Part shown: positions 38,949 to 52,770 of the stretch, piece after piece | How positions within the stretch are numbered: position 1 is the stretch's first letter | How the letters are laid out: each line of letters starts with the position of its first letter | Source: Blasia pusilla | Taxonomy: Eukaryota | Reading direction: 5' to 3' | DNA length: 64,000 nt | Assembly (NCBI GenBank): GCA_050084515.1 | Contig: CM114271.1 | Location: 36,208,001 to 36,272,000 of the forward strand | Program-made: the position numbers and the translations under genes | The notes under the pieces: generated by a model | What the model was told of the DNA's origin: nothing | The model's database searches: none | What the model saw: only the letters and a program-made list of their open reading frames with translations

Positions 38949-41479
38949 CTTGCGAACTACAAATGTCACCCTCGCTCTGCGGGGACTCTACCCAAGCCCT
39001 TGCAATCGTTAACAATCCCCAAGAATCACCTGCGCGACCTCCAAGCCCTTCTCTCTTCTCAGGACGATCAGAAGAATAGAGACGCAGCCAGTGGACACCC
39101 GATTACGCTCCCTACTCCCTTGCGTCTGTGTGTGTGAGGGCGCGCGCGCACATGTTATATGCCGTCGACTCCCTTTTCCTATCGCCCTTACCGGATGCAA
39201 ATCGCGATCCGGCCTACAAGCATAGGGATGCGCCTTAAAGTGCCTTTCCCTGCGTTCCCACTGCGATTCCTCCCGCGTCGACTGCCGGTCCACCCTCACG
39301 ACTAATCACATCCTCCTAAAGCAGTGTTGATTTGATCGTCGAGAAGCCAGGGACGCGAGGGAAACAATCACCTCCTTCTACACAGCTGCGCATACAGGGA
39401 AACAAAACAGTCCTCGGAAAGTCCAAAACCGTTCCATCGTAGAGCTAGCTACCTACCTGCACCCACCAGCGCTTCTGCCAAGTGCGAGGTCGAATCTCGC
39501 GGTTCCTTGCGAACTTCATCAACTACTTACCCTGCCCAATTCACGACGACGGAGACTTTATAGAGCAGCGGAGAATCTGGCAGTTCTCGCCCCACAGGTC
39601 CATTCCATTCCTGCCCCACATGGTCTGCTGTTCCGGGTGCTGTGCTCGTCGTGGTGACAAGATCGAGCATTCTTCACTTTGTTGACCTCAAACTCCAAGT
39701 CTCCAAATCGAAGGATTGGGGGCGTGTGGGATGTGAACTGGAAGAATCGGAAGTGGAGTTTTAGCGATGAATGGCGACCTGTTACTGTTAAAGTAGGGTT
39801 ATAGTTTAGTGTGAATGTTTCTATGTTGCTGTCGATGTAAGCCAACTTTTAGGAGGATATAATTAGTGGGTTGTCCCAAAAGGATGGTGGTAGGTTTGGT
39901 TGTGGGTAAAACGAAGAACATTGTCTTTAGGTGCGTTGTCCCAAAAAAAGACGGGTGTACATAGTCTTAAGCATACCGAGAAAAGATATCGATGAGGTTT
40001 CAAGAAATAAAAAATCAAATTCCTAAGGGTCTTCTAATTTACGCATATATTTCTCTAGATAACTGACTTGATTTCCTCATTTGGGACTAGAGTCACACAA
40101 ATTGTTTCCTCTTTGAAATTATTTCTTTCTTCTCTCGAGACAAACGATCTTTTTTTTCACTCGTAGTTTATTATGCCCCAACTACGATCACTTCTAGTTT
40201 ATTATGCTTCAGCCATGATCCCCAAACGCCTTTGGAGGCCTCCCACGCAGATCGTGTCCTCCCCCACGCAGGGTCACACGTGTTCACTTGGAATGCCATT
40301 TCCTCTCCCAAAGTCCCACTTCCACAACAACGACAATGATCGCAGTCGGCAAGCAAACAAATCTAGATTTTTTTTTATTTTTATTTTTTTTTCCAACATA
40401 ATACCATCAAGCACGACCCCCGTGTCCGCGTTTGGCGTCGATCTCCTTGCCAGGCTACTCTTCCAGCAAAGTTTGTCTCGTGTGACGTAGGCCTCGCAAG
40501 ATTCGTCGGTCCCATGTGCGCTAATGTTCGTGTCGCTGAGCTTTTCGCGAGTTCGTGAATTGGAAAGGAGAATGATAAACTTCAATAAAAACGCTTGATG
40601 GGAAACCCATCGAAGATGCAAAAGAGAGCCAAAAACATCTTTCTTCTGAAAGGAAAGAAGGCGGGGCCTTTCCCCCTATCGACCAAACTCGGAAAAGGAA
40701 GCTACCGATCGATCCGATCCCATCCATGGAGTTTCTCATGCGGACTCTTTTTGTTTTGCTTGATGGCCTCCGTAATGCCCTGGGTTACGCTCGCAATCCA
40801 GTTTGCATTGGACTGGAGGAGCCCCAATTAATAGCGAGTTTTCGGGGTACTATGCGGTCCTCTAAATATCTCTCTATAGTATAGAAAAGTTTGTGGGTCT
40901 GTCAAGATCCGGATTCTCAGAATACGCTGAGTTCGTTTCCCGAGCCATTGAACCCCGACGGGTTTACAACACAACACTCCAAGAGCAAGTTCAGATCTGG
41001 CACGGTGCGAGCGAGCCTGTGGTGGATGACGTGGAAGTTGAAGCCAATAGGGACCCTACGGAGAGGCAGGGAATGTCGGAAAGGTAGTGGGCTACAACGA
41101 CGTAAGGGAAGTCCTCATGCTGGAGGAACAGGGATAGGGAGATCCCTAGGGAGAGGGCACAAGGTCGCGGATAGCAATAGTGCTCCGAGATATTTTTAAT
41201 GTGTATTTATGCGTTGTGTGATCTTCTTTTGTGATTTTATGATGCATTTATGTGTTATGCATTTACAACCGGAATCTAATGGTAATGCTTTCAGGAAAAC
41301 AAATCATGTGGGGCTTCGATATTAGGTGAGACTTGCGTTAGTTATCTTGGAGAATACCTTAGAAATCGTATACATTATAGATGTTAATTTTTATATTCCA
41401 TCGTACCAGAATAAAGGTCTTCGTCACGTTTTATGTAGTGGAGTGGAGAATATATGCATACGTATAGGGGGAGGTAAGA

Positions 41480-42340
41480 TCTTGGTGCAAGTAGGTTGAG
41501 GATGACTTGGTGACGGGATGGGTAACTCTATCGTGTGTACGTTACCCCTATTATGAGCTTATTTGGAACGATTTTTAGAAACTTATCATTTTGGTAAAGT
41601 CTCTATTTTGTGCTTGAGTGTTCGTTCCCCCTATTATGAGTTTATTTGGAGCGATTTTTAGGAACTTATCATTTCGGGAAAGTTCTCTATTTCGTGGTGG
41701 AAACTGCACCTTGACCTACTATTGCATGTTAGCGTTGAGATGATAGTTTATTTGCACAAGTTACCATGGAGAGACCTTGGGTAAGGGAGAGAGGATGCAT
41801 CCAAGTAGGGACAACATGGAGAGCACATCGTCACTTTCTTAAACCTCCTTCCATGAGGTGACAGAGATATTGTGCTCCTTTTCTTATGAGTAATACATGC
41901 CTCTCACTATGAGAATGAGTTTGGTTTGACTCTAGAGAGCATTTTGGAATGTGAGTGTGTGCTTTGATATGAGAGAGAGAGAATTGAGAATTCATTTCTA
42001 GTCGACGGAAAACCCAATTGGCATGTGTGATATCGACGTCACATTTGACAAACAACTTCACATCAAGATTTTCAAACATTCAAACATTTCTATTTGAGAT
42101 TCTCATGGAGGATTTTTTTTTCAATTAAGGCTTAGATTTTTTTTCTAAATTCGTGACAAGTCACCCACATATGAAAGGCACATAAGGCGTACTCTCTCTC
42201 AAGCATGGATCATCCATGCCCTTGGTAGGGGACGCCCTTACCTTAGGGTTCATACCAGACCCTAGTGTCCAAGGGAAGAGTTGAACCGCATACCTCTTTG
42301 AGAGGATCTTAAGTTAGTGTAGCTAACATCCTCGTCATCT
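41480..42340 (+). mobile_element. Inverted copy of the 3' region/LTR of the methyltransferase-bearing element, with an internal ~80-bp tandem duplication at ~41540-41700
   Basis: agtaggttgaggatgac (~41490) matches the reverse complement of ~54115-54131; 41700-41990 matches the reverse complement of 53690-53975. Confidence 0.6.
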
Positions 42341-42389
42341 ACTGCTTGATTGATTGATAGATAGGTAGATCTAAAATTAAGGTTGCAGT

Positions 42390-42890
42390 TATTGTACACC
42401 CATTATCTTCAAGATTATTGTTAGATAGCGCGGAAGCTTGTATTTTGCAAGTTTAAGTCTCATTATTCATTTTTATCCAAACACACTCATATTAGCCAAT
42501 CTATTATGGATCAACTACCTTGGCGTCTCTCCAGTCTAGGTTTCAAGTCATCCCTCAAGTTTAAAAATTAGACGAGGTTAGATATTTACCTAATTCCTTA
42601 CTCCCCAATTAACAGAGGCAAGCCATCCAAGATAGTCTAGGGATATAAAATAATGTTTGTAGGCTTGGTTGTCCTAACTTCCCAATGGACCTCAAACAAG
42701 TCTCTAATTGGAACTCAATCTCTAAGTCTCAAGATAAGATCCAACTTGAAGGTTAGGATCTAAAATTGGAATACCTAGTCTTGGCTAGCTTGGAGTCAAA
42801 ACCCCAATGCCAATCTTTTAATCCACCCTATGCCCTTAGTTCAACCCCTATGGTTCTATTAGTCATTCAAGGTGCCCATTTAGACTTACA
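42390..42890. mobile_element. Truncated LTR-like repeat of the 19032/58897 family
   Basis: Shared block acactcatattagcca...caactaccttgg...catccctcaag...aacaagtctctaa...aagatccaa. Confidence 0.6.
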
Positions 42891-44613
42891 TTTCACTTGT
42901 AAATCCCGTATCTCACTCGTGGGACTTTAACAAGTTTCGATCCTAGTGTAGATATGCTATAATTTTGATGTTTCGTAGTCGCATACATTTTGTTTTGAAG
43001 GTGGAAAAAATGGGATGCGTAAACACTACCATAAGTAGCGACTTGAAGTGTCAATAAGAGTGTTGAAGATACAACATTCATTTCCATAGGCAACCCTAGG
43101 TCACGCTTGACCTTTCAAAAATTTGAAGATAGTTAGCCTTGGTGCAACCACATACCTACTCCTCAATAACCCAACTTTCTTTACTTGACAATACCTATGC
43201 ACTTCTTGGTTAATGTTACCCCCTTCCAATGGCTACAAATTTTAGCCTAAATATTTTTTCTTCCTCATCATTATGCATCCCTCCTCTCAATTTTTTTTAA
43301 TTTCCTTTCTGCAACATGTAAACATGAGAGTTGCTCTCCCCATGTCCTCACAATTCTACAACTTTCCCTTCGTACATTAGTCCACCACCACTCAATCCTA
43401 TGGAAAATTAGGCATCGCTTTTGGGCACGACCATCTCCTTTTTTTTGGGAAAAATATAAAAATACATCCAATGGGGTCTTTAATGAGGAAACTCAGCTAC
43501 CCTCCAATCCCGACCTGCATACAACCAATCTTGGCCCCCTTCCCCCACTCGCATCTTTCTCAATTAAAATCAAAGTAAAAATGACACATATGGATTACAC
43601 TCTTGAATCTACATACTGTCATCAAGCCACATCCATCTTCACGTACGAGAGAATTCCAAACTACAATGCCCAATCTCCTACCAAACCCTAGAAAGAAGAT
43701 TGTTTCCTAGGCTTAACGTGAGAAAATGAACCTAGTCTTGAAAACATCTTTAGTGGATTTGATCCAAATAGGATAGAAAGGGTAAGGACGTATCCTCTCC
43801 ATTCCTTTGTAGCAAAGAGTTATGGAAAAGATAAATATTGAAATTGAGTTGGTGCTGCGAGTAATTCAGGGAGGTCAAATGACCCAACGTTCTCTCTCTC
43901 CATGGGATTGGTTGGAATAGAAAGAAGTCCCTCCCTATCTTCGTAAGAACTAAAAGATACAAATCTTATGGAAGAGATGAGGTCTCCCTAGCCCTATGGA
44001 TAGAAGGGGCGCAGAAGTTCAATGTAGTACGTGAAGGTATATAAACATTCATGCACTCATAAACCATTGATATATTAGTTTTAAGGAAAGAGATGTGCGT
44101 ACAATTTGCCAAAAAAATTATTATTTTGAAAGACAAGATATAATTCGCCTTGGAAATTTCTTGCTACATAAAATCCATAAAAATTATCCGAAAAGAAAAT
44201 TTTGACTTTTAAATTTTATGTCGAAATGATACCAAAATGAGTGATTTCGTGACGCGTACAAAATTTTCATAAGGTCTTATATTAGAAAAGATGATATTCT
44301 TTCAATTATTACATTTCAAAAATGAAAGATAACAATGATCATAAAATTTGAAACTTTGAGCGTGAAAAGAATAGGAGGGCTCAAGGCGTACCTACTGGCG
44401 CGAGTCACCGTCAAGGTGACAAGGACCTGTTTCGTCTCGGCCACCGGAAAGTCATGGGCCCACCGTCGTCGTGGAAAAAGTACTGTCCTGCGTCCCAGGA
44501 GTCCAAGTCGCGGGTCCACGGGGTACACTGCGATCAAAGTACCACGTCGTACGCCGTCAGGTGAGCATGGATCACGCGGACAGGCTTTCATATCTTCATT
44601 TGCTTGCTTAAAG

Positions 44614-44717
44614 ATCAAGCAAGCAAGTACAAGTATGCGGCCTCCACTACTTATTCGATCAAGCAAGGCACAAGAACAAAAATCGAATGAGTAGTGGAGG
44701 CCGTCTACTTGCTTGAT
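44614..44717. ncRNA. Candidate MIRNA-like hairpin
   Basis: 30-bp stem 44630-44659 / 44682-44711 with a 2-nt internal mismatch and one G:U pair, a 22-nt loop and a possible basal extension; not in a recognisable TE. Confidence 0.35.
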
Positions 44718-44999
44718 TATTATTTTATGGCTGGACAGAACTGACGTTTTTCTCGTTTTCTTAGAAGGTTTCATTTGGGGTTAATGCCATGATATTGAAA
44801 AAAAAAAACAAATAGTAATATTTTTAGTGAACGTACTCCAATTTAATTAACGTTTGTTTTATGACCGTTGCCGAGTCGAACCTTGTTTGCACTTTAGCCC
44901 AGTAACGGACATTGCAGGTCACATTTGCTGATTTCGCAAGGTTGTAGGAGAAATTGTTAAGGATCGAACGGATGTGCGGGATACGAGGCCGCACTGCAA

Positions 45000-47430
45000 G
45001 TGTAAAGATTACACGTGGGTCAATGCAAGTCCTGCATGGGCTAGTATGTGCTCAATGGAGGCCATTGGGTGCTAGAAAATGGGTGGCAACTATGCCAACA
45101 CCTGGCGGCGGATCACTGGGCTTGGGTGCAGGTAGGCTGAGTTCGGGTTTATATTGAGGGCATGGCGCGACAAACCTTGGTAAGGAGACAAGGCCAAGTG
45201 AGGATTGGGGTGTGAATGTAGATACAAGAAACTCCAAGAAGTCAGAAGCTAGACAAGAGGCACGTAGCAAGTATATAAGAGGTACAAGGGTTGCAAGAAT
45301 TGAGGGGTCGAGGGCTAGGTATGACATTGAGGGCCGTACAGATCCAAGTGAGGGAAGAGAGAGCCATTGGGGGTAGGGATCAAGCTTGGGTGGAGAGAGA
45401 GAATGGGTTTGGAGCCCTAAGTGGCCAGGCGTCCACAAAGTTGGACACGAATATAGGAAGGACGGAGTTGGAGCCGTGGTGAGGATTAGTTGGGTCACGT
45501 GGTAGGAGGTGGTAAGTTGGGTTGAACGTGGTTGATCCAAGCTACATGGTATCTAGGCTTGGATGTGATTGTAGGCATGCTACATAATCAATTGAGGGCT
45601 ATGGCCGTGATAGGGTAAAAGGAGCCACATAACCTCCAAGGTGAAAGGAGGTGGTTGTGAGAGACTTGCTTCAATTCATGGGATTTGAAGTTTCTGAATG
45701 GGACGTTGATTCATGACGAGATGCGCCAACCCTGTGAGAGTTATTGATAGTATTTTGAATCATTATTACGGTGCCAATCGAGGTTGAGATGGATGATATG
45801 CATCCACTATTTGCAACGAAGTGCTAGAGATGGAAACATACGTGCTAATGCCGATGGGTAGTCCGAATCTATTGAAGGGAGGTTCGATGTGTGTTTTGAG
45901 GAGATTGTCATATTGGAGAGATTTCTGCATCACATTGAGTAATCAATGTTGATTGTGCATTAGAGTGATGGTATGCGCGTTTAGATTATCCATTCGAGTC
46001 CCTTTTTCCGTGCTTGTCTTATTTCATTTAGGGTGTTAGGTATCACCTAGAGCTGGTCCTAGATGGATGTAGGATGATGTCGAGAATAGACTTCTTACAC
46101 GTGTAGCATGTTTGTGGATACAATGCAGTTTCTTGAGTAGGGATCTTGTGTATGACCTGAAGTTGTTGATATGCTCAAGTAAGTTAGTAAGAAATGCTCA
46201 AGGGTGAGCTCAAGTGATTGAATATGCATAAGGTCGGGTATATCATGAGGGGATTAGCATTAGCATTAGCATTAGTGAGCTAGTGAGGAGTGTGGGAGAC
46301 TCTGGTGAGACTATGGTGAGTCAGAGTCAGGCAAGATTGTTATCATGAAATTCTTCTAGGGTTCAAAAGAACGGGGTAGTTCGAACAGTGGTAGTAGTAT
46401 TACGCAGAATGGAGTAAGATACTGAGGGATTTTGAGTGAGGAACCACCTTGACTTCCATCTGTGGCTGGATCGCTATCATTAGATAGTGGGTGATATCAT
46501 GAGATTGCAGATAGAGAGACATTGTGACGTGGGGAAAGATGGACGACATGAGTCACAAAGGCATGCGTCGCTACTCAAGTGCAACAAGCACCATTCATCT
46601 CGATGACTTCATCTAGGATTTTGATATATGGTGTGACTTCCAAGAGATGTGAGCCCCCACATCATTCGACCCTTTCATGGTGTGGAAGGGTTTGTTCGCG
46701 TCAAGTAGTACGACGTCCATAGAGTTGGACATAAATATAGGAAGGACGGAGTTAGGGTCGTGGTGAGGGTTAGTTGGGAGACTAGAATGTGATGTTTGGA
46801 GGGTGTATTGGGCTCTAGGATATATGCCCACTAGTGGTTGTGAGGCATATAATGGAGTAGTGAGAGTAGTTAGGCCCACACCATTAGCCTAGGGATTAGA
46901 TGGAGATGATAGAAGTTATGGCGGTGAGGTGGGAAAGATCTTGGCTGATAGAGGGTCATCTAGTTTTTTTCCTACAATGGAGTTCTTCCAAGAGTTGGGG
47001 AGGTGCCACCCGTGCATGTGAATTGACAAGCTAAAGAATCTACAAGAGTTTCACTTGAGATGAGGTGAGAGTATACGAGAGGTGTTCATGTCCATGCGCC
47101 GATTGATCATTCCTACTCACGAAGTAATTGAGTATTAGTACAAGGTTCTAGATGAAGAGCTGCAAAGGAGAGTTTGGGATGGGATGTTGCTTCACATGGT
47201 GAAGCCTACTTTGAAGGGGGTTTTCCAATAGTCTAAGTAGATTGAGCTTCCTATGAGTGAGGAGCATGTGGTGACCACAAGATTTCCACAAGAGTCAAGG
47301 AATCCACGGGTATCAATGGTCCTATAGGTGCCCGAGAGCCACAAGCGCAAGGCGGTGTTCCCAAAGAGTAGGGAAATTATCCTAATCCCATGAGGAAATG
47401 GCTCGTAATGAGATATGTTGGCCAACAAAG
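45000..47430 (+). mobile_element. Decayed retrotransposon 5' region with a gag remnant (~46950-47300) and an internal ~60-bp direct repeat (~45430-45495 / ~46715-46778)
   Basis: IDKLKNLQEFHLR*GESIREVFMSMRRLI...VLDEELQRRVWDGMLLHMVKPTLKGVF resembles a retrotransposon gag helix region. Confidence 0.55.
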
Positions 47431-47435
47431 ATTGA

Positions 47436-48520
47436 TGTTGTGTTGAGAGTCTTTCTCATAGTAAGGATGGACCTTCTAGATACGATAGTTATTGATGTAA
47501 GAAGAATTATGTATCAATTTTTTCCTTATTCAGTATAGAATCACGATATACACTATCCATTCTCTAACGATAGGGATCACATATGCCTGTGCCAAGGCAA
47601 TCACTTCTCCGTAGCACCTAATCCCAAAATTCCTACTTATAAAATCTTTATAAACCACTTTACGTTTGTATACTAGGAAAATTGCATAATCAGTATGAGA
47701 AAAAACTTGCGGAATTTTTACATCCACAGGTTGCTAAATGAGGACATACAATGTACAAACCAAAGTCTTTCTGTATGTGATAATTGAGAATATCTCAGGA
47801 GTTGGTAATTTTTTGAATTGGTTCATAAGTATTCTCCAAAGTGATCGACTAGATAGCAAATAAATCAATGCTTATCTACAAATGATCTTGACGTGGTATG
47901 GATTAAGGAAGGGAAAATCACGTACCACTCTCTCTCTTCATCTTTATTTATACTTGATAGCCATCCTCTATCCTCCTCTCTCTCTCTCCCTACACAATTT
48001 AAGGTTATGGGCAAGTGCTATATATATTCCCTTTAACTCATGAATGAAAGGTTTCCCAAAATCATTCTACATTCTTCAATCTCTAAGGCTCCCTAAAAAA
48101 TGAATTATGGTTGAATTATTCTCCCAAGAGGGATAATCAATTTTCATTTGAAGAGCAACCAAATCCAATACCATTGTTTTAAGAATGATAAAGACAATTC
48201 GAGAAAATGAAATTCAAAAGAGTGAACACTTGAAGGTCCCTCCTCTTTACATACGCATAAGGGATCCATAAGGATAAAATATAAGGTCAATTTTATCTTG
48301 TGCCACATGGTCTTCTTTGAAGCCTTTGCCAATCTCCTTTGGAAACAAGTAACTTATTATCTATATTTTCCTAAAGTATCATCATAAAACCACTATATAT
48401 TCTCCCAACCATCCCAATCATCCTAACCTTGAATTCTTTACTAACCATGATTACAATAGTTTTAATTTCGTTACCACTTCAAGCCAACAATTTACTTTCA
48501 TGTTTCCCGTGTTTGCCACA
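47436..48520 (-). mobile_element. Solo-LTR-like copy of the LTR at 7152
   Basis: Starts TGTTGTGTTGAGAGT; colinear with 7152-8190; possible CA end at 48520; no clean TSD. Confidence 0.7.
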
Positions 48521-49671
48521 TTAGTCAACAATGTTTAGGTTCTGAAGTTTACATTCTACTAAATACTGTAATTCTGTGATTCCATGGTTCATAAGAGTCA
48601 AATGAGAACCAGGAAACCATGTTGTCGAGGAAGATTTAATCCAATCAATGTTGGGAAAGCATGGGCATACTTCAACAACAGGTTGATGCACATCCCATAG
48701 AAAGAAATGACTCCTCCACACGACTTGCACTCCCATTGCAGGTATAGCAGAATGCATGCACAACATTGAGTCAGGCTAAAGAAAAAATCTGAACAATTAT
48801 CTAGACGCATACAAACACTTACGCGCCTATTAGATTCAACTTATGATAGATATGCTTCTAGCATGTTAGATTACATGTCTCTCAAACAGAAATTGAAAAA
48901 TGCAGAATACGAATTTGCTGACTTCACCAAAGATATTGAACACTTACTTTACGATTATCCTAAGCTTAAAATGAAGATGTTGACAATTCGATCTATATTA
49001 CATCTGTAGTTTTGCACCTGAAATACATGTGACTTAAATTCAAGACATTCATGTTATTTCCCAGTAATACATTTTCATTTAAAGATTTGGACAACTTACC
49101 AGATGGCCAACACCCAATTACTACTGCCCACTCCACTTATTTTATTGAGAAATTGGAGCATGAATGTGTTCGTCATTATTCACAATTTATAGAATGTTAT
49201 TTTCAAATACTTTCAATAGACTTGCATATTTTCAAGCTTGTATCAATTCTATATTTTCCAGATTTCTTCTTCAAAAACTGATTGCAGCAAATCATTAAAA
49301 TCACTATCCACTCTTCATCTCAGTGGTTCATTTATATTGCAAATGAAGTTCAATACAGAATTATCCAACATAAACATTATGATATTAATGTTTTACACTT
49401 ACCGTATGAAACTACTCGCATCTGCCAATGACAACATACAAGAAAATATCTTCATTTCCAAATTGAATGACTTAGAATTTACAAAACTTGGTTCACTCGA
49501 GAACAAACTCTTATTTGTACACTTACTAACCATACTATAATTTCACCCCTTATACCTGTTTTACGCATCTTTGGTTCTCTACTATTTTATCAGTTCACTC
49601 TTTACAACTACCTGTTTTATAATCTTTCCACCCTATTAATACTTTATTACACTCACCAAATCTGTTCAGGC

Positions 49672-49707
49672 CGCATACTTGTTCACTTTAAGTTGAACAA
49701 GTATGCG
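49672..49707. repeat. 14-bp perfect inverted repeat at an AT-rich/CpG-rich boundary
   Basis: CGCATACTTGTTCA-ctttaagt-TGAACAAGTATGCG. Confidence 0.9.
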
Positions 49708-52199
49708 AAAGTGAGCGCTCGGTTTAGAAGTGAATATGCTTTAGGATGAAAATATCCGAAACCCTCTCAGCATCGGTGGTTCGTGGACATTCGTAGGAGG
49801 ACGAAGTATCACGAGATCTAGATAGGAGCAGTCTTTGCCCCAGAGAAAAAAACATCTATTTTAGGAATAATTTTCTGGGTGAATTTCTCGTACGTTTCGG
49901 TAGCTCGTTTACTGGTCATCCCTACGTGCATCTACAACTGATTTTTGGCATTCGCATCTGCAGCTTGCCCTCAGAGTCGACATCCCCGAGTGCATGAACC
50001 ACATCGAGTGGTCCAAATTATCCCATACACGATGCAGCTAGGGTAGGTCAGATGGCCTTTTTCCAATGACCTCGCTTGCTTTCCGACGACGCTCACAAGT
50101 AGAGCGTAAGTCTACTTGTGAGCGTCGTCGGAATGGAATTCGCAGCTTTCTAATTCAGCTTTCAAGCTTCCCGCAACGCAAAGCAAACAAGTTCAACTCT
50201 TCGCTTTGCAGGATTGAGTTCAAATTTTCGTCGAGAAGGGTCTCACAGTGGAATGACTGCGAGCCAAGCATTCCGGCGTCCATCAACTATCCAAGTTGAA
50301 TCCACGCACTTTCCGAGAGACTAGAAGGACTACATATTGTCGCCCGAGTTTCCGTCGACACAGTAACAGCTTGACCCCGTGCTTCGGTGAGTACAGAGAA
50401 CCAGCTTCGTGACGTTTTCTGTGTCAGTGCCATAACGGCCGCAAAGCGAAGGAAGAAAAATCGCACGAGAAATTGATCCAGATAGGTTTCAAACTGTTCT
50501 TCGCCTCCACCACCACCTCGTAAGAAAGCGCAGCGCATGTACGGATCGCTAGAACTCAGAATTCTTCCTATAAATGTCATAACGTTCGTCAAGTAGGCGT
50601 GATGCCGACAGCATGCGCTCTGTTGTGATGACTACCTTTGACGCACATGCACATCTCAGTGTGTAGGCAGTCCACCCTTATTCGCGTGGTCGGAGAACTC
50701 GTGCAAGCACTTATGTGGCGTGCCCCGCCTATGAATTTGCGCCATCCAGCTTGAAAGGAAGCTCGAATCAACTGGGAGCACAATCAGCGTTTGGATCTCC
50801 ATACACTACGCTCTGGGTCTCCAAGACGATGTAACGACTCGACTCACTTCCCCATGCCCCATTGTGCTTCAAGTCCACGAAATGCAAGGTCCAGCAGCGG
50901 CCACAGTTGTTGACAGACGAAAAGACCAGTGGAGCAGTTTGCCAGGGATTAAGGAGAAAGAAAGAGACCCCCCAGCTCACAGGGTCCACATGGCCGGGAA
51001 GACCTCTCGACCGCGAGAAAGACCCTGAGGCGATTTAATTACACCGATGAATGGTCCGAGAGTGTACATGTTACCAACTTACCATCCTTGCACTAGCATC
51101 TAAATCGGACCATCCGTACGCGCAGACACGAACCGTCGAATTGAAGAAATCACTGCTGTGGTACCTACTACCCCGAGATACATGTACTCCCTAAATCAAT
51201 CAACATGTAGTGCCAGCCTGCGAGAGACGACCGAAATTTGGTCAGGAGTTCCAACTGCGAAACTTGTGGCCGCTGCTGGCAGATGGACCGACGGAAAGTG
51301 CATGATGAGACGAAAACTTGCAGAATGATGAGCTGCTGATGGACGAGGTGGTGCCGGAGCATTAATATTATATCCACCTTTCTGCAATCGCAACCTCCAT
51401 CGTTTGACACCTTCTAAAACCTATCAATGCAGGCAGGGTTTGTGAGACCCGTGAAACTTCAACGCCACTGTCCTATGGACTCAAGTATTAACCTCAAACT
51501 ATCAACATGCGCACTTTGATTTTCTCCTCTGAATCGCTGATGGAAGTAGACGTATTCATGTTCTCAACTCCATTTCTGTAGAAGCTCGCGGAACACGACG
51601 TCCTTGCGGTTCTTCTGGGTAACTACGCACAAACTATCGACACTTTCATGCGTGCACGCTGATCATTGGAAATTGAAGGATCTCGTAACTGCAGAAGCAT
51701 TTTCTCCAAACATTTGAAGGATTCGACAAACAAGTAAACTTAGCAACTTTCTCTCAACAACTCCAAAAATGCATTCGATTCTAACGCTATAAAAAATTTC
51801 ATGAGAATCATAAAAACGATTCATCTTCAACTTTGCGGCGATACCTTTCGGCTGGCATAACATGTACTCAAAACAATGATGGAACTTAGACGTGATTCTC
51901 TAACGATTGGCAAATTAATTAGTGGTACCACTAAGTTTTGGCCACATTCCTCTCCATTCCTAGGAACACTTTTTGTTGACCACACTTTCCGCAACCATAC
52001 ACAACGTTTTTTTTTATCTAACCAAAGTTTTCACTAATCTCTACAAAAGAATACCGCAATGCGGAAGTAGTGGTAATGACAAAATGAATATAAAAATTAT
52101 CAGGAAAATTTGACATTGCGGCGGATATTAGCTTGTTTTATACCACTCTTCTATATTGTTTTTCTTCCTTGTTCATGCTGATCTTTATATGACGCAAGA

Positions 52200-52770
52200 G
52201 GCTGAGGTGGAGGTAGCGGATGTTGTAGTGACGGATCTTAGGCGGGAGGTTGTGCGATCCCAAGTGGTGGCACAAGGGAGATTGCAACAACGAGCAGCAG
52301 CGGCGGCGATGACGAAGTCCAATATCTATAGTCGACTCCACGACCGAAATCCATTTATTCCCCTAGCCGTAGAGATGTAGTGGGCTATGGGGGAGAGGTT
52401 TGACTCGTTCCTTACAGACTGCGCTCATGATCTCCAGTCGAGAAAATGGTTGTCCTTAGCTACTGCGATTCTTTATCATAGGCAACAGGTCTCCATAGCT
52501 TTGCAGCGTGCCCAAGCCAATGGGATTTTGCGCCGTGCTCAAGTTGTGGGAGACGCCGGCGCTAGAAGCTCACTTAGTAGTAGTCATATTTCTCTAGGAG
52601 TTGTTGACATTGTCTCTGCTGTTGGTGAGTTTAGGCGATAGGGGGAATGGCGGAATGCCCCCTTCTGCTTTCTCAAAGCTAGTTGTGGCCTTTGGATACT
52701 TGACTCTTTGAGTCCCCCTCTTTTCTTTTCTGATGGGTTTTCCATCATGCATATTTATTGATGTTCATCA
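52200..52770 (+). mobile_element. 5'-truncated CRE/R2-type non-LTR retrotransposon: restriction-like endonuclease C-terminus and 3' UTR
   Basis: VADVVVTD...AAAAAMTKSNIY...FIPLAVEM*WAMGERFDSFL...RQQVSIALQRAQANGI; the K..Y, F.PLA.E and S.ALQR motifs typify this clade. Confidence 0.75.

Noticed and set aside
36803-39137. Plus-strand and alternate-frame ORFs overlapping the UGT
   Set aside because: Antisense or frame shadows of the real coding exons.
51300-51342. C/D-box snoRNA-like ATGATGA...CTGA
   Set aside because: About 40 nt is too short, and no rRNA-complementary guide was recognised.
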